Below the pieces are notes generated by a model. That model was not told the origin of the DNA. It did no database searches and saw only the letters and a list, made by a program, of their open reading frames with translations. The position numbers were made by a program, and so were the translations under genes. Below are positions 1 to 13,641 of a stretch of 64,000 nt of DNA, piece by piece (the first letter of the stretch is position 1; each line of letters starts with the position of its first letter). The stretch lies in NCBI RefSeq assembly GCF_009914755.1, contig NC_060940.1; one strand, written 5' to 3'. The DNA is from the human T2T-CHM13v2.0 reference genome, Homo sapiens.

Positions 1-1041
1 GGCATCTGGGGAGAAGTTAAAAGCTGAGCAGGAGCCAGCGGGTGAAGTGGGAAACGGAGAAAGGGCTATAGCCTGTGCCCAGCTCTCCCTGTCAGCCTGA
101 GACGAGGGACATCTTTTGTGTCCGGGCACTGCCTGGGTTGCTTGGACAGAAGCCTCAGAGCTGGAAGGAGCTGAGAAACCACAAGCTCCAATGCTCACGC
201 CCCATAGGGGACCGAGGAACCGCAGAAGGGACCGCACCTGCCCGGTGGCCAGCAACGGAAGGACGGCAGGGAGCGAACACACTCCAGCCCCTACGGTCTC
301 TCCGCTCTCCCAGCTGAGCTGTCTTCCCCGGAGGCCGGGCTGCAACCCGAGAAGGCGCCGCGCCATCGGCCCTCACCCTGCTCCGCCTAAGCTGCTGCTT
401 TTCCTCTGCAAATGCCCTGGGCTGGACGTCAAACCACAGTCAGGTAGGGGCGGCCCAGACCAGGGACCAGCAGCTCGTTCCCTCTGCCTGGTCTCACTTC
501 TAAAGCCACTGGAAGAGGAAACACATAAAATGTGACTTTGCAGAGGAATTCCAATAAACAAGATGTGTTTCCAAGTCTTCTGAGGCTGCCGAGACTGAGT
601 AGCTGCGTGTGAGCAGCCACAACTCCTCTGTTGTCCTCCTGCAAAGTGTCCCCGCCCTCCCACTCAGGTCGCGTTCCTCCGGCCGCCCCCGGCTGCTCCC
701 GCCACAGGAGACTGGACGGTGGGCTCTGGCCTTGGGGACCTCCGGCCCTGCCTGCAGCAGGCCCCAGTGTGTGTGGGCGAGAGGGCCGGGCCAGCTGACT
801 CCTGTCTTTCTTTGGGACCACGTCATCAAGCGGGCTGGAGCCAGAGGCTGGGCCCCTCTGTGTCCCGGGGATCCTCACCCCCCAGGTCCCCAGTGCTGTC
901 CTTGTCACCACTGAACGGCAGTTTCTCCCCACCCCGTGCTTCAGTTTACCTGTCCGGACCAGGGGTGGCAACCTCTTTTCCAGAACGGGGCAGAAGGTGA
1001 ATGCAGTTCACTCTAGTTCTCTGCATTGTGTCTTCTTTTTA

Positions 1042-1392
<351 letters not shown>

Positions 1393-1574
1393 TTAAAACA
1401 CCACTCTCAGCATGGAGGCTGGGCACAGACAGCTGTGGCTGCCGGCAGTCCTGCAGCCCTGGAGTGGACTGTGGGGTGAGGCTGCACCTGCCCAGGGGTC
1501 TCCGGGTGTCCCTGCAACTCCATCTTGAGCAGGCCCTTACATGCCAGTGCCTGGCGTTGCTCGTGTTGGCCTGT

Positions 1575-1626
1575 GGTTTACAGATAAGGAAACTGAGGCT
1601 GGGAAGGGCCAGAAGTTCCCTAAGGC
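1575..1626 (-). mobile_element. MIR core fragment
   Basis: TTTACAGATAAGGAAACTGAGGCT is the MIR core motif. Confidence 0.6.
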
Positions 1627-2873
1627 GCCGGCTGCTGGCAGGGGTGGGGGAGCTCTGAACCCTATCATTTGTGTGCTCACAATGATAACCCACAGGTGGT
1701 GGGGGCCGTGGTGTCTCTTGATGGCCTGGGGCTCCCATGTGGGCCCACCCTGCTGGGTCCAGGGTGTCCTCCTGTTCCTCCTCCCTTTTTGCCTGGAGGA
1801 GACTCCTCCACTAACTCTGAGGTTCTAGTGACTTCCTGCCGTGCTCCCCCCAGGAGTAGCCATGTTTCCACAGCCACCCCACGGGCAGTGGCCAGAGTGG
1901 CTGGAATGCCAGGTTCAGCATCTGTGGTGTGAGGCATGGACACAGCACCTGCGAATCCGTGTTGGCTGTCATTCCTATTAACCAGTTATAACAAGGATCA
2001 CACACCTTGTTCCCCACACCAGTCATGTGGTGGCTGCACTGTGAGGCAGACACCAACCTTGCATTTTCCACGTACAGAAGTGGCTGAACACAGCCCAGGA
2101 GCTTGCCCAAAGCTGCAGGAGGCTGCTCTGGCTCGGGCTCAGGACCGGGGGTGCTTAGAGTGAGGCTCTGGCTGTCCTGCCCGCCTGTGGGTCCTAAAGT
2201 CCTCTCATTGCCATTCCAGGTGCCCCCGTGGATAAGCTGCACCCACCTATCCCCAGGAGCACAGCCAGCACCTCTCAGGTGCGCCCCTGAGGTGTCTGTG
2301 GCACCTGTCTCTTATCCATCATCATTCTCCCAGGCAGACCCAGGGCGGGGCAGATGCTGGCTCTGGCACCGCAGGAAGCACATCTGGTCCAGGGCATCTC
2401 AGAACCTGAGGCTCCGGGGTGTAGAATGGACTTTGAGTTTCTGGAAGAGACCTTAGGAAACGTTGTGTCTGCATTTCCAGGTGGCCGGTTGGTGGTGGGG
2501 GCGCCTCACTCCTCACCCTGTGCTGCATCCTCAGCCTCTGCCTGCATCTCTTGAGTCTGCTCTGGGTCAGCACTGGGGGTGAGGAGGTGATGAGGGGCAG
2601 CGGCAGGGGCCGGGGGTCAAGAGCCCCAGAGGGGAGGCCAGGCCAGGTCCCGGCAGCCCAGGTGAGATGAGGGCCTCGTGGTGGCCTTGAGGGCTGGAGG
2701 TGAGGGAAGGGCCCTGAGCCGGGTGCCACGGCCGACGCCCTGTCCTTTGCCGTGACAGTCTCTGTGCAGTGCAGGCAGCCCCCACCGAATCCAGGTACAG
2801 TGCTCAGTGACAAGCGTAGGGAGAGTGGTCAAATCGGAGCAGGGGCAGGGGACGTGAGTCAGGCTGAAAAGAA

Positions 2874-2992
2874 GAAGCTCAGAGCAGGAAGGGCAGAGGG
2901 GCCGGGAAGGGCAGGTCTGAAGCTCGGAGTGGGAAGGGCAGACGGGCTGGGAAGAGCAGGTCTGAAGCTCGGAGTGGGAGGAGCAGAGGCGG
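2874..2992. repeat. 45-bp tandem repeat, about 2.6 copies
   Basis: GAAGCTC(A/G)GAG..GGAAGGGCAGA..GG..GGGAAG.GCAGGTCT recurs with period 45. Confidence 0.85.
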
Positions 2993-3332
2993 TGAAGGGT
3001 GAGTCTGGAGCAGCCTCTAGTTGCCCAGGTGCTCGGAGAGTGAGGAACCCCCCAGGGAGGGAGGAGCCCCCAACCCACAGGGCTGCAGCCTTGGACACGG
3101 CCAAGACCCGGGCCTAGGAAGAATGGGGTCCTCAGGGCTCAGGTGGGTTACTCATCCACCCGCTCTGTGCCCAGGGCCCTCCCCCACCACCGTCAGCGAG
3201 TCCGCACACAGGTGCCTGGGGTTGTCACCTGAGGGCCGCGCCTGCCTCCTCTCCTGATCCCACAGCAGCCCAGGAAGCAGGGCCCCGTGTGAGCTCCCGG
3301 AGCTGCGGCATCAAAACACTACAAATGACGGT

Positions 3333-3354
3333 GGGGGCGGGGACGGGGCGGGGG
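3333..3354 (+). promoter_or_regulatory. G-quadruplex motif containing two GC boxes
   Basis: GGGGG-C-GGGG-AC-GGGG-C-GGGGG with two GGGGCGGGG (Sp/KLF) sites. Confidence 0.55.
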
Positions 3355-3384
3355 TGGAGGCAGGAGCTGGGGGCCAAAGCCGTG

Positions 3385-3748
3385 GAACTCACTCCCTCTC
3401 AGCCTGGAGACCAAAATCCAGGTGTCTCAGGGCCATGCTGCCTCGGGGGTCTCCCGGGGATCCTTCCTGCCTCTTCCAGCTCCTGGTGGCTCCAGGTGTC
3501 CTTGGCTTGTGGCCATGCCACTCCAGTCCCACCTCATCCTCACATGGCCTCTGCTCTGTGTCTCTCCCTGTGTGTGTGTGTATCTCTGTGTCTCTCGCTT
3601 TATAAAGACAATGGTCATTGGATTTAGGGCCCACCCTACTCCAGCACGACCTCATCTTGACTAATTACATCTGCAAAGAGCCCATTTCCAACCAAGCGAC
3701 ACTCACACAGGTCGGGGGTAGGACTTGGACACAACTCAATCCATAGCA
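3385..3748 (-). mobile_element. MLT1 (C-like) MaLR solo LTR
   Basis: GTCATTGGATTTAGGGCCCACCC...TAATTACATCTGCAAAG; ends CAATCCATAGCA (reverse of the TGCTATGG start). Confidence 0.85.
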
Positions 3749-3785
3749 AGTGTGGGTTTTGAAATAGAATCTTAAAGAAGTCCCT

Positions 3786-3998
3786 CATAAGCCCCAGAGA
3801 GCAGCTGGAGGTGCCCCATGAACCCCACAGAGTGGCCAGAGGTATCTCATAACCCCATAGAGCAGCCGGAGGTGCCCTGTAACCCCATAGAGCAGCGGGA
3901 GGCGCCCCGTAACCCCATAGAGCAGCCGTAGGTGCCCCGTAACCTCATAGAGCAGCTGGAGATGCCCCATAAGCCACATAGAGCTGCTAGGGTGCCCC
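3786..3998. repeat. 30-bp minisatellite, about 7 copies
   Basis: Consensus AACCCCATAGAGCAGCCGGAGGTGCCCCGT. Confidence 0.92.
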
Positions 3999-4958
3999 AG
4001 GCCTTGTCTCTGTTTTTCTGGGCATCCTGGGAACTGGGCAGAGTGGGATCGTGACACCTGTGGACCAGGAGAGATTCTGGGAAGCCCCTGCCGTTCTGTT
4101 TCCCACTTCTTTCAGGCCACTTGGCCAGCACCGCTAGGCCCTCCTCGTCCCTCTTCGTGGAAAACCATGCAGAGGGAGGCAGGTAGAGAAGAGAAAAGAT
4201 GTCTGACTTCAAGCTTCTAAAGGATTTTCTCCGACAGGAGGAAGAGATACTTTTCAAAATGGTTGTGAGCCGCCTTGGCCAGAACGCAGGAGGACCCTGT
4301 TAAGAGGAAATCAGGCACAAGGCGCCCACACAGCCAGGGTGGGAGGGCATTCCAGGATGGTCACAGCTGTCTCCGCTGTGGTCTCAAATGACTTTGCTTG
4401 GCCTTCTGGAATCTAAAGGGTCCTGGAGTGGGGTGTTCACTGGATTTGCTGCCGAGAAGTCTGCAGCTTTTCACTGTCACTCTTGAGACCTGGATCCTTC
4501 AGACGTGGAAAAGGGAGTGATTGCTCTGAAAGTTCCAGTTTGGGTGCTGGCGACCGGCCTCCAGGCATCTAGGAAGTCGGAGAGCACAGTGCTGGGGACC
4601 TTCCATAGAAACCCAAGTGTGCGCCAGCTGCAGGATTTATAATGTAAAAATCAGTGCTCGCGTTAAGGGGCAGCGCCGAGGGAGCAGAGCCTGCGTCCAT
4701 CGCCATTGTGTTCCAGGCCTCCTTCTGTGAGGTGCCCCTACCAGCAGCTTGCATTCCCTGTACCCCGATATTTCACTGCAGATGTTACTGGAAGCCCTCT
4801 GCCACAGGAATCCTCAGGAGCTGATTATTTTAGGAAAGTAAATGGAGAATGAGGAAAATAATATCCGAACACATGACCTCAATTCGCAACGGAGATGTTT
4901 CCCGGCAGAACATCGGCTTCGTAGAACCACCTGATTATGTCCCGGCTTCGTCGAAGGG

Positions 4959-5011
4959 TTTTTTAGGAGCCTCCTGAGGCACAGCAGGGCTTCGAGGAGG
5001 CTCCTAAAGGG
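4959..5011 (+). other. Inverted repeat / stem-loop
   Basis: TTTAGGAGCCTCCT (4962-4975) is the exact reverse complement of AGGAGGCTCCTAAA (4995-5008); inner GAGGC/GCTTC stem; 8-nt loop. Confidence 0.9.
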
Positions 5012-6437
5012 TACAGGAGCACTTTGCAGGGCCGTACCCAGAAACCCCGTTCTAGGCAGAGTTCCCCATTTGGGCTGTGTTTTGAGAAGGCATTTTTAAG
5101 GATTCTAATCCTGTATTCAAACATCATTAAGAGCCTAACATCAACCTCATAGTTTTTTCCTGAACATTCAGCTTAAGGGGCTGAGCTCCAGCGTGGCAAT
5201 CCTGAAAGTGGAATGAACAGTCTTGGGGTGATGCTAGAATTCTCTATAAAAACGCACACAAGCAAAGAGAGGGCCTGGGGCTCGTCCGGCAGTAACAGCA
5301 GCACAGTACAAGGCACGGATGCGGAACCGGCTCCCAAACCCCGTGCCTCACTGTCCCTGGTGTAGTGACAAGGTGTCAGAGATGCGCGATCATTTCAGAC
5401 GTTTTCTATGGGGAGGAAGCTGGGTTTTCTGAGCAGTCATGGGGGGTGAGTGATGTGTGTGAGGACTCGCACAGGCCAGAAAAAATGATGGCTTTAACAC
5501 AGATCTGGAAAGAAATTCTGAAAACCAAAGAAAGTCGGCAATGAGGCCAGCCTGGGAAATGTTCCGAGAGGGTGTGGAGAACTGGGGAGCAGTGGAGGGT
5601 TTCGGGGCGGGGGGGGGCCCAGCCCATGACAGGCCTGAAGAAGGACCCTGAGCCCCCACCCCGGGTGGCACAGGGGTGCCCAGGCCTGCAGCCCCCAGGG
5701 AGAGACGCCGTTCCTGGTGAGGGAGGGGGGAGCTGTGCTGACCCCCCGTGTTTTCTATGATCTCTCACTCCATGCTGGGCAGAGGCTTTAGGAAAAGCTG
5801 AGCTGTGCCCGGAGACGGCACCCAGGAGTCCAGCCGGGATAGGACTTGTTTTTCTTCAACAGCAGCGCCAGAGGCAGAAGGGCCAGGAATTCACTTGCGT
5901 GGTCCCGGCCCCTCTCCTGGGGCCCATCCTGGGTCTTGGCCTGGGCTCAGGGCCCACTGGCTGGACAGATTGGAGACCCGAACTGAGTGCAGGAGGCTGT
6001 GGGTCTGGGCGCCTCCCTTGGGACTTCCATTCGTTGCATTGATTTATTTTCACCGCAGATACCTCAGGTGTACTTCCTAAGAGCAAGCAGAGGCCCTTTC
6101 ATAACCGCAGCTCAATTTCGGAAATGGGAAAACCTCCATGATCGCAATCCTGTTACCAGATCCACGGACCTTGTTCAAAGGCTGCCGATTACCACAATCG
6201 TGTTCTTTATGACAAAAAACAAACAAACAAACAAAACCCTACACTTGTTTCTGGTCCAGCCCAGCAGCCAGAGTGGTGCTGGTTTGTCACGACTCGACTC
6301 TGGTTCCCTGGAACCCTGCGTCTTTCTTTCTTTTTAAACCTCGATGGCTTTGGAGGGAACAGACCAGTTTGTAGGTTGCCCCTCTGCCTGGGTCTGGCGG
6401 GCGCTTCCTGGTGAGAGATCCCACTTGGTATCTCTGT

Positions 6438-6637
6438 GGGAACGGAAGGGAGGTGAGGCCGCGGGAACGGAAGGGAGGAGAGGCCGCGGGAACGGCGGGG
6501 AGGCGAGGCCGCGGGAACGGAAGGGAGGCGAGGCCGCGGGAACGGCGGGGAGGTGAGGCCGCGGGAACGGCGGGGAGGTGAGGCCGCGGGAACGGCGGGG
6601 AGGTGAGGCCGCGGGAACGGCGGGGAGGTGAGGCTGC
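6438..6637. repeat. 25-bp CpG-rich minisatellite, 8 copies
   Basis: GGGAACGG(AA/CG)GGGAGG(T/A/C)GAGGCCGC x8. Confidence 0.97.
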
Positions 6638-6724
6638 GCCTCCTCGTTCCCTGGCTGAGAGGGTAACTCTGACCACCTGGGTGCAGTGGAGCCGCCAGCT
6701 GTCCCCCTGTAAAGGGACTGGCGG

Positions 6725-7156
6725 CTCTGGGTGCCTGTGGCTGCTCCAACAACGAACCACAAACCGGGAGCTTAAAACTTATTCTCTCCATTCTGAGGCC
6801 AGAAATTCAAAATCAGCCTCCCCTAGACATAACCAAGGTGTCGACGGGGCCGCCCTGCACCTGGGAGAGTCTCCCCGGCCCTTCCAGCTTCTGGGGCTGC
6901 TGGCTTCCTCGGCTTGTGGCCGCATCGCTCCCGTCTCCACCTTAATGGTTACAGTACCTCCTCTCCTGTCTGAAATCTCCCTCTGGCCCTCTTATAAGGA
7001 TGCACCTGATAGCAGCTGGGGCGCCCTGGATAAGCCACATCACCTCCACATCTCGATCCCATCTGCAAAGTCCCCTTTCCATATGAAGACGCGGTGACAG
7101 GCTCGAGGGTGTCGGGGGTGGATGTGTCTTTGGCGGCCATGATTTAGCCTGCCAGA
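6725..7156 (-). mobile_element. MLT1D-like MaLR LTR
   Basis: CCTTCCAGCTTCTGGGGCTGCTGGCTTCCTCGGCTTGTGGCCGCATC; CATCTGCAAAGTCCC. Confidence 0.8.
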
Positions 7157-7644
7157 CTTAATAAGTATTTTGTGAGCTGCCTTGGGAATATATAAATGTC
7201 CTGTACTTTGTTAAATTTCATGATGACTGAAGAGATTTCCTTTCTCCCCATTTATCTGTGTATTCATTTATATTAGTGTGGACTCGTGGCTTTTTAAAGA
7301 TTTAATGGGTTATAATCCATTGCCATCATTATGTGTTTGATGCCCACATTGTCCCGGGTTTGGTCAGTGGGAGCCCCTTCAAGCCAATTCCTGTGTCCCC
7401 ATCATCCTTTAAGTACCTATTTCCTTTGCAGCAGGAAGAGATATCCCAAGCTCATCTGCGCTTTCCCTGTCACGTGCTGCAATTTGGCGCTTTCCCTGTC
7501 ACGTGCCACAATCTGGAACTTTTCCCATGAAGCCTTCTGTTCATGGCAAAAGGTATCCAGAAACCAAGACGTGGGTGCTAGTGTGCTCATTACTACTGGA
7601 GTGCCTCGGTGTCCAGGGTGTTTCAGTGGCTTCAGTGAGGGAGT

Positions 7645-7870
7645 GTAAGGGGAGGAAAGGAGGGAGGGAGGGAGGCAGAGAAAGGGAGGGAGGAGAGGTG
7701 GGAGGGAGGGAGAGAGAGAGAGGGAAGAAGGAAGGAGGGAAGGAAGGAGGGAAGGAGAGAGGGAGGGAGAGAAAGGGAGGCAGGGAGGGAGGGAGGAGAA
7801 GTGGGAGGGAGAGAGAAGAAGGAAGAAGAGATGGAGGGAGGGAGGGAAGAAGGGAGGAGGGAAGGAAGCA
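7645..7870. repeat. GA-rich polypurine tract (GGGA/GGAA)n
   Basis: About 225 nt of almost pure purine. Confidence 0.95.
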
Positions 7871-7944
7871 CGCACAGATAAGACAAGACAGGACAAGAAA
7901 AGACACACACATATATCTGCATCTATAATCTCTCCATAGTAAAT

Positions 7945-7945
<1 letters not shown>

Positions 7946-7980
<35 letters not shown>
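7946..7980. repeat. (CA)17 microsatellite
   Basis: Uninterrupted CA run. Confidence 0.98.
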
Positions 7981-7983
<3 letters not shown>

Positions 7984-8344
7984 AACATACATGAGCCACG
8001 AGCTCCCACGATGCCTCCAGTTCCAACCTGGAATACCTGCGACTCCTTCCCCAGCAGGGCCAGGTCTGCCCTCTACCATTCTCAGGGTATTTGCTTATTT
8101 GCTCAGTCCTAGAATAAACAGAAAATAGTTTCAGCATTGCTAACCCACCCCACTGTGGAAAACACATCTGTTCACCCCACATATTCTTTGCCTGAAATAC
8201 AGCGAGCTTCTTTTGTTTCTATCTGCAATCCATTTAGAGTCACCTGCCCCCTCTTTTTTTCCTTTCAAGTATGTAAACTTAACCTGGTTCCACAAAACAA
8301 AACCCTACACACACGCATCTATTCGGAGAAATGTCGCTTCCTAG

Positions 8345-8727
<383 letters not shown>

Positions 8728-9512
8728 CCTGTCTTTCTTTTTACAAAAAATAAGCATTGTTTTATTTCCCCTTTCTTTTACCCAGAAGATGGCATGTTAG
8801 AGATAGTCTTTTACGTTTTTTTTCACTTAATAACATATCGTGGAAATGACTCCATATGAGTTCATAGAGGACTTCCTTATTCTTTTTTACAGCTGCATAG
8901 TACTCCACTGTTTGGGCGTACCACAGTTCATTCAACCTCTCTCCTGTCTGTGGGCATTCCAATTGTTTCTAATATTTTGCAATTACATGCAATGTTGCAA
9001 TGAATAAACCTGTGCATCTGTTTTTTTTAATGCATCTTCATACTATTGTAAGAGTATCTTCAGAGTAAATTCTAGTCATGAGATTACTGATGCAAAAGTA
9101 AACTCTTCCTCCAAGATGGTTTTACCAATTTGTATTCCCACCAGCAAAGTAAGGAAAGGCCCACTTCTCCAGAGCCTTCTCATGGGAACATGTTCTCAGT
9201 GACGCTGCTACATTGTTGCAATCTGAGAGGTGAAAAATGAGACTGCAATGTAGCTCTGATTGACATTTCTGTTTTGAGTGTTATTGAGCCATTTGTTCAT
9301 GTGTTTAAGGCCCATTTATAAACATTTTTGGTAAATTATCTCTTCATGTCTTTTGTTCATTTTCCTATTGGGTCTTTGGTCATTTCTTCCCTCAGTTTTT
9401 AATAATGCTTTCTGTATTAGAACTATTTCCCCTATATTTGATGTATGTTATAAATATTTCTCCTAATTTGTCATTTGTCCTTTGGATTTCTTTGCGGTGT
9501 TTTTTAACCATG

Positions 9513-9642
9513 GAAAAGTTGTTCTGTTTTTATATCGTCAAATGCATCCATCTTCTCTAGTGTTGCATTTGGATGTTGAAAAGTGGTTCTGTTTTTATAC
9601 CATCAAATGTACCCATCTTCTCTTGTGTTGCATTTGGATGCT
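9513..9642. repeat. 65-bp tandem duplication inside L1
   Basis: GAAAAGT.GTTCTGTTTTTATA...TGTTGCATTTGGATG twice. Confidence 0.9.
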
Positions 9643-11701
9643 GAAGTTTAAAAAGCTTTTCTGACATTTCCTTCTAGTATTTGTATGGTTTAATTTTTTA
9701 CATATAGATCTCTAATCCATTTGGAGTTTATTTTTTATGTATAGTATGAGATATGAATCTAATTCCATCTTTTACTAAACGGCTAACCAGTTGTCCCAGC
9801 ACCGTTTGTTAAAAAGATCATCTTTGTCCTAGAGACGTGAACGTCACTTTGACCATCTACAAACTATTCAGAGGTCCTCAGGTCTATTTCTGGGTGTTCT
9901 TTTCCACCGTTCTGTTTTGTTGTGTATCGGTCCCACACTTTTTTCTCTCAAGAAGCTTTTTAGTGTGTTTTAATGCCTGGTAAAGCTGGACCTCCTCCTC
10001 CACCCCCCCACCAGCCCCCACTGTGCTAACGTGTTTATTTTTCATATAGGTTTTCATATCAACTTAGCATCATTGTAAAAAGCTCATTGGTATTGGGCGG
10101 GGTTGCCTTAGCAGTAGGAATTAACTTCAGGAGAACCGATGCCTTCGGCCATTGAGTGGCCTTGGCCAGGAACAGGAGATGCCTTCTCATTTGTCAGTCT
10201 ACTTGTATGTGTCTCTCAGGAGTATTTTAATGTTTTCCGTAAATAGTTTTTCCCCACATTCTTGATACATTTATCCCTAAATGTTTTTATCTTATTTGGT
10301 GCTTTTGTAATGGAGGTTTTCGACCATTAGATCTTCCACCTGGTTATTGTTGATGTACACGGAGGGTATTGATTCTCATGTGTTTGTGATCTATTCTGCT
10401 GCCTCTATCAGGTTTGGAGATGCAGAATCACTAGAAGACAGAGGTTAGAAGCCTTAGTACAGGGAGGTGATCGTCTACAACGCAGGCATTAGTTAAATGC
10501 CTGGAAGGCCAGTGTCTTCACATCCCATGCTGGGTCACAGACTCTTCAGGGTAGGTGGTTGTCAGGAGGGAAAGTCGATACAAACTGGGGGTCACATTGT
10601 AGGTTTCTTTGAATGTCTAGTGATCTTTTATTGTATTCCAAACGTTGTTACTGACACATGGTATAGACCCTGGGTCCTGTAACAAAGACTGGGTTCTGTC
10701 ATGTTTCTCTGATGTGTACTGATTTCTTGGTGTCTGTTTTAATGGGCAATTCACTTAGCTGAGCAGATACGTGCATACTTCAGGTGTTAGACAAGGATTT
10801 GGGCAGAGTTTATATGCAGAACTGTGGGCTCTGTCTGTTTTTATCTTTTTCTGGATTTTTCCTCCAACTGTCCAGCTGCTGTGATCTCCACAAATTCTGT
10901 CCTTTGCTTGTTCGAGCCGGTATGCTTGTGAGTTTCCTATTAGAATGGTTGCCACCTGTGTGGTGCCAGCTGGGCCCTGCCCTGATGCAAGGGGCATGAA
11001 CATGGGAAGTTCACCCACCACCATTCCCTTCACCCATGTGCAGCACCCTCCATTTCATGCTTTTCCATGCTCTCCAATTCCTCCAGATGTTTTAAAAACA
11101 ATTTGTCCAGTGATTATGTTGGTTATTTGTGGAACAGCTGGTCTTGTAGGGATGACTTCTCCATTCCTGCAAATGGAATTCAGTTGCCTTGCTTTGTTTA
11201 TTCCTTGATGCTAGGCTAAAATTTATATATATTTTGTCCTTTTAAAGTTGCCTGATATTTTTGTCTGGAGGACCCAAGCATTTTTTTTTTCTTCATCTTT
11301 GAGGATTTCTTGCTTTATATGTAATGTCTAATAGTCTCACTGAGCTATGCCTCGGAATCACTTGTTCCAAATGGATTGCCCCAGGTACCTGGTGGATCCT
11401 TGCATAGACTGATTCAGGTCTTCTATCTCTGAGAGTTCTCTTGCATTACATTTTTCTTTTCCATGACTTCAGTTATACACAGTGTCTCTTCTCCTGTCTT
11501 CTGTTTCAACCACTTTATCTTTGACACTCTTTCTTTTTTACATCATCTCATTTTCATTGCCATGGTTGATTTTCTGCTCTTCTTCAGTGGTATCCCTGAA
11601 TTTTCATTCAAATCTGTTCTCCTTTGGGTACCTTTTAATTTAGTCTTCATCATTAGTGTGATTTTTGTCATATTCTTCTCTTTCTTTCCTTCTTTCTTCC
11701 C

Positions 11702-12014
<313 letters not shown>

Positions 12015-12206
12015 TCTTGTTTCAGTTCCATCAACTTGTACCTTGTTTCTTCCCATTTTTTGGTCCATCTATGTCCTTAGTTTTAAATTTTACATCACAA
12101 GGTGATTTTTATATACTCAAATGCTTAAGAATATTTAATTTATGTTATGCTACTGTTTTCTTCTGCTTTGTGTTGATACTGGGGGTGGTAATTTTTAGTC
12201 ACTTGA

Positions 12207-12530
<324 letters not shown>

Positions 12531-13641
12531 TCTGTTTGCTTTTAATAGTAGTTTTTTTTATAGAAGAAGACTTCTTACATATTTGCACTTAATGAACAGG
12601 GTTGGCAAGTTGGAGTTGTTTACAAGATTTCAAGAGCATTGTCTTTTGTTAGCATAGCAAAAAGTCTTTGGGGTGAGCACGGAGAAGGACGTGTGTGCTC
12701 ATCCACATGTTTGTGTCTTCAGAGAGTCTAAATTTCTCTCCTCATCCTTCTCATCACGATGCCATTTCCAAAGGGTGCCTCCTCCTCCTCCCCCAAAAGG
12801 GTTGCCTTTCTGAGATCAGCTCCTCACTCTCGTGTGTCCTTCTAAGAGCTTTTCCGGGAGTCAGGGCTCTTTTCCCAGTATTTCCACACTTACTGTGGCC
12901 TTGCTCTTTCTGGGGGTTCTTTTAGCTCAGTCTCCTCTTCTGTTTTCTGGGTGGCTTTTCCACCCCTTCCCTTTGCTCCCAGCTTTCCACAGAGGCTTAC
13001 GATGAGAGCTCAAGAAATACTTCTGTTTGAAACTGGTGTTTGTTTTCCTATTTGCAGATCATTTAACATTTATATTATTCTCTGTCATGCAGACATGCTG
13101 AAAGCGTGGAATTTGTGTGATTTTGTTCTTGCTGATCTGTGTGATTTTTAGAGGATGTTTGGAAAGATTCAGATTTGGGTGGTTACTCTTGTCTTGGCTG
13201 CAGAAGTCACAACCCCTGTCCTCTCTCCGCTTAACAGGGAACTGTGCGTGTCTTGACCTGAGTGACCCCAGGGAAGCATGGAGGCACATGAATTAATACA
13301 AGGGAAAGCTACTCTATTCCATAAAGAGGATAGGATACCCCTGGAAGGATTCACTGATAGCCTCTTGATGAGAGCACGCCCAGGGGTTTTCCAGTGATGA
13401 CCCCATCTGCAGTTTGCTCACAGCAAGGATTTCCTATAAAGAAGATGTTCTCCATGTGAGGGCTGGTTAGCTTTCTGCTTAGATTTTCCAGAAGCTAGAG
13501 TTTCCATATGAGGGGAGTCAGGGTGACTCTGGGCATTTGAAGAGGGGTGTTAATGTCCCCACTCTGATTGTAGATTTGTCTACCTCTCCTTTTAGTTCTT
13601 TTGACTTTTTTTTTTTAGAAGGTATGGCTTTATTTTAGTTC

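Noticed and set aside
4959-5011. Hairpin as an intrinsic terminator or an annotated miRNA
   Set aside because: Eukaryotic context and no downstream U-tract; I do not recognise it as a known miRNA, so it is kept only as an unexplained hairpin.
5245-5252. TATAAAAA box (similar ones near 17018 and 17968)
   Set aside because: No supporting initiator or exon; expected by chance.
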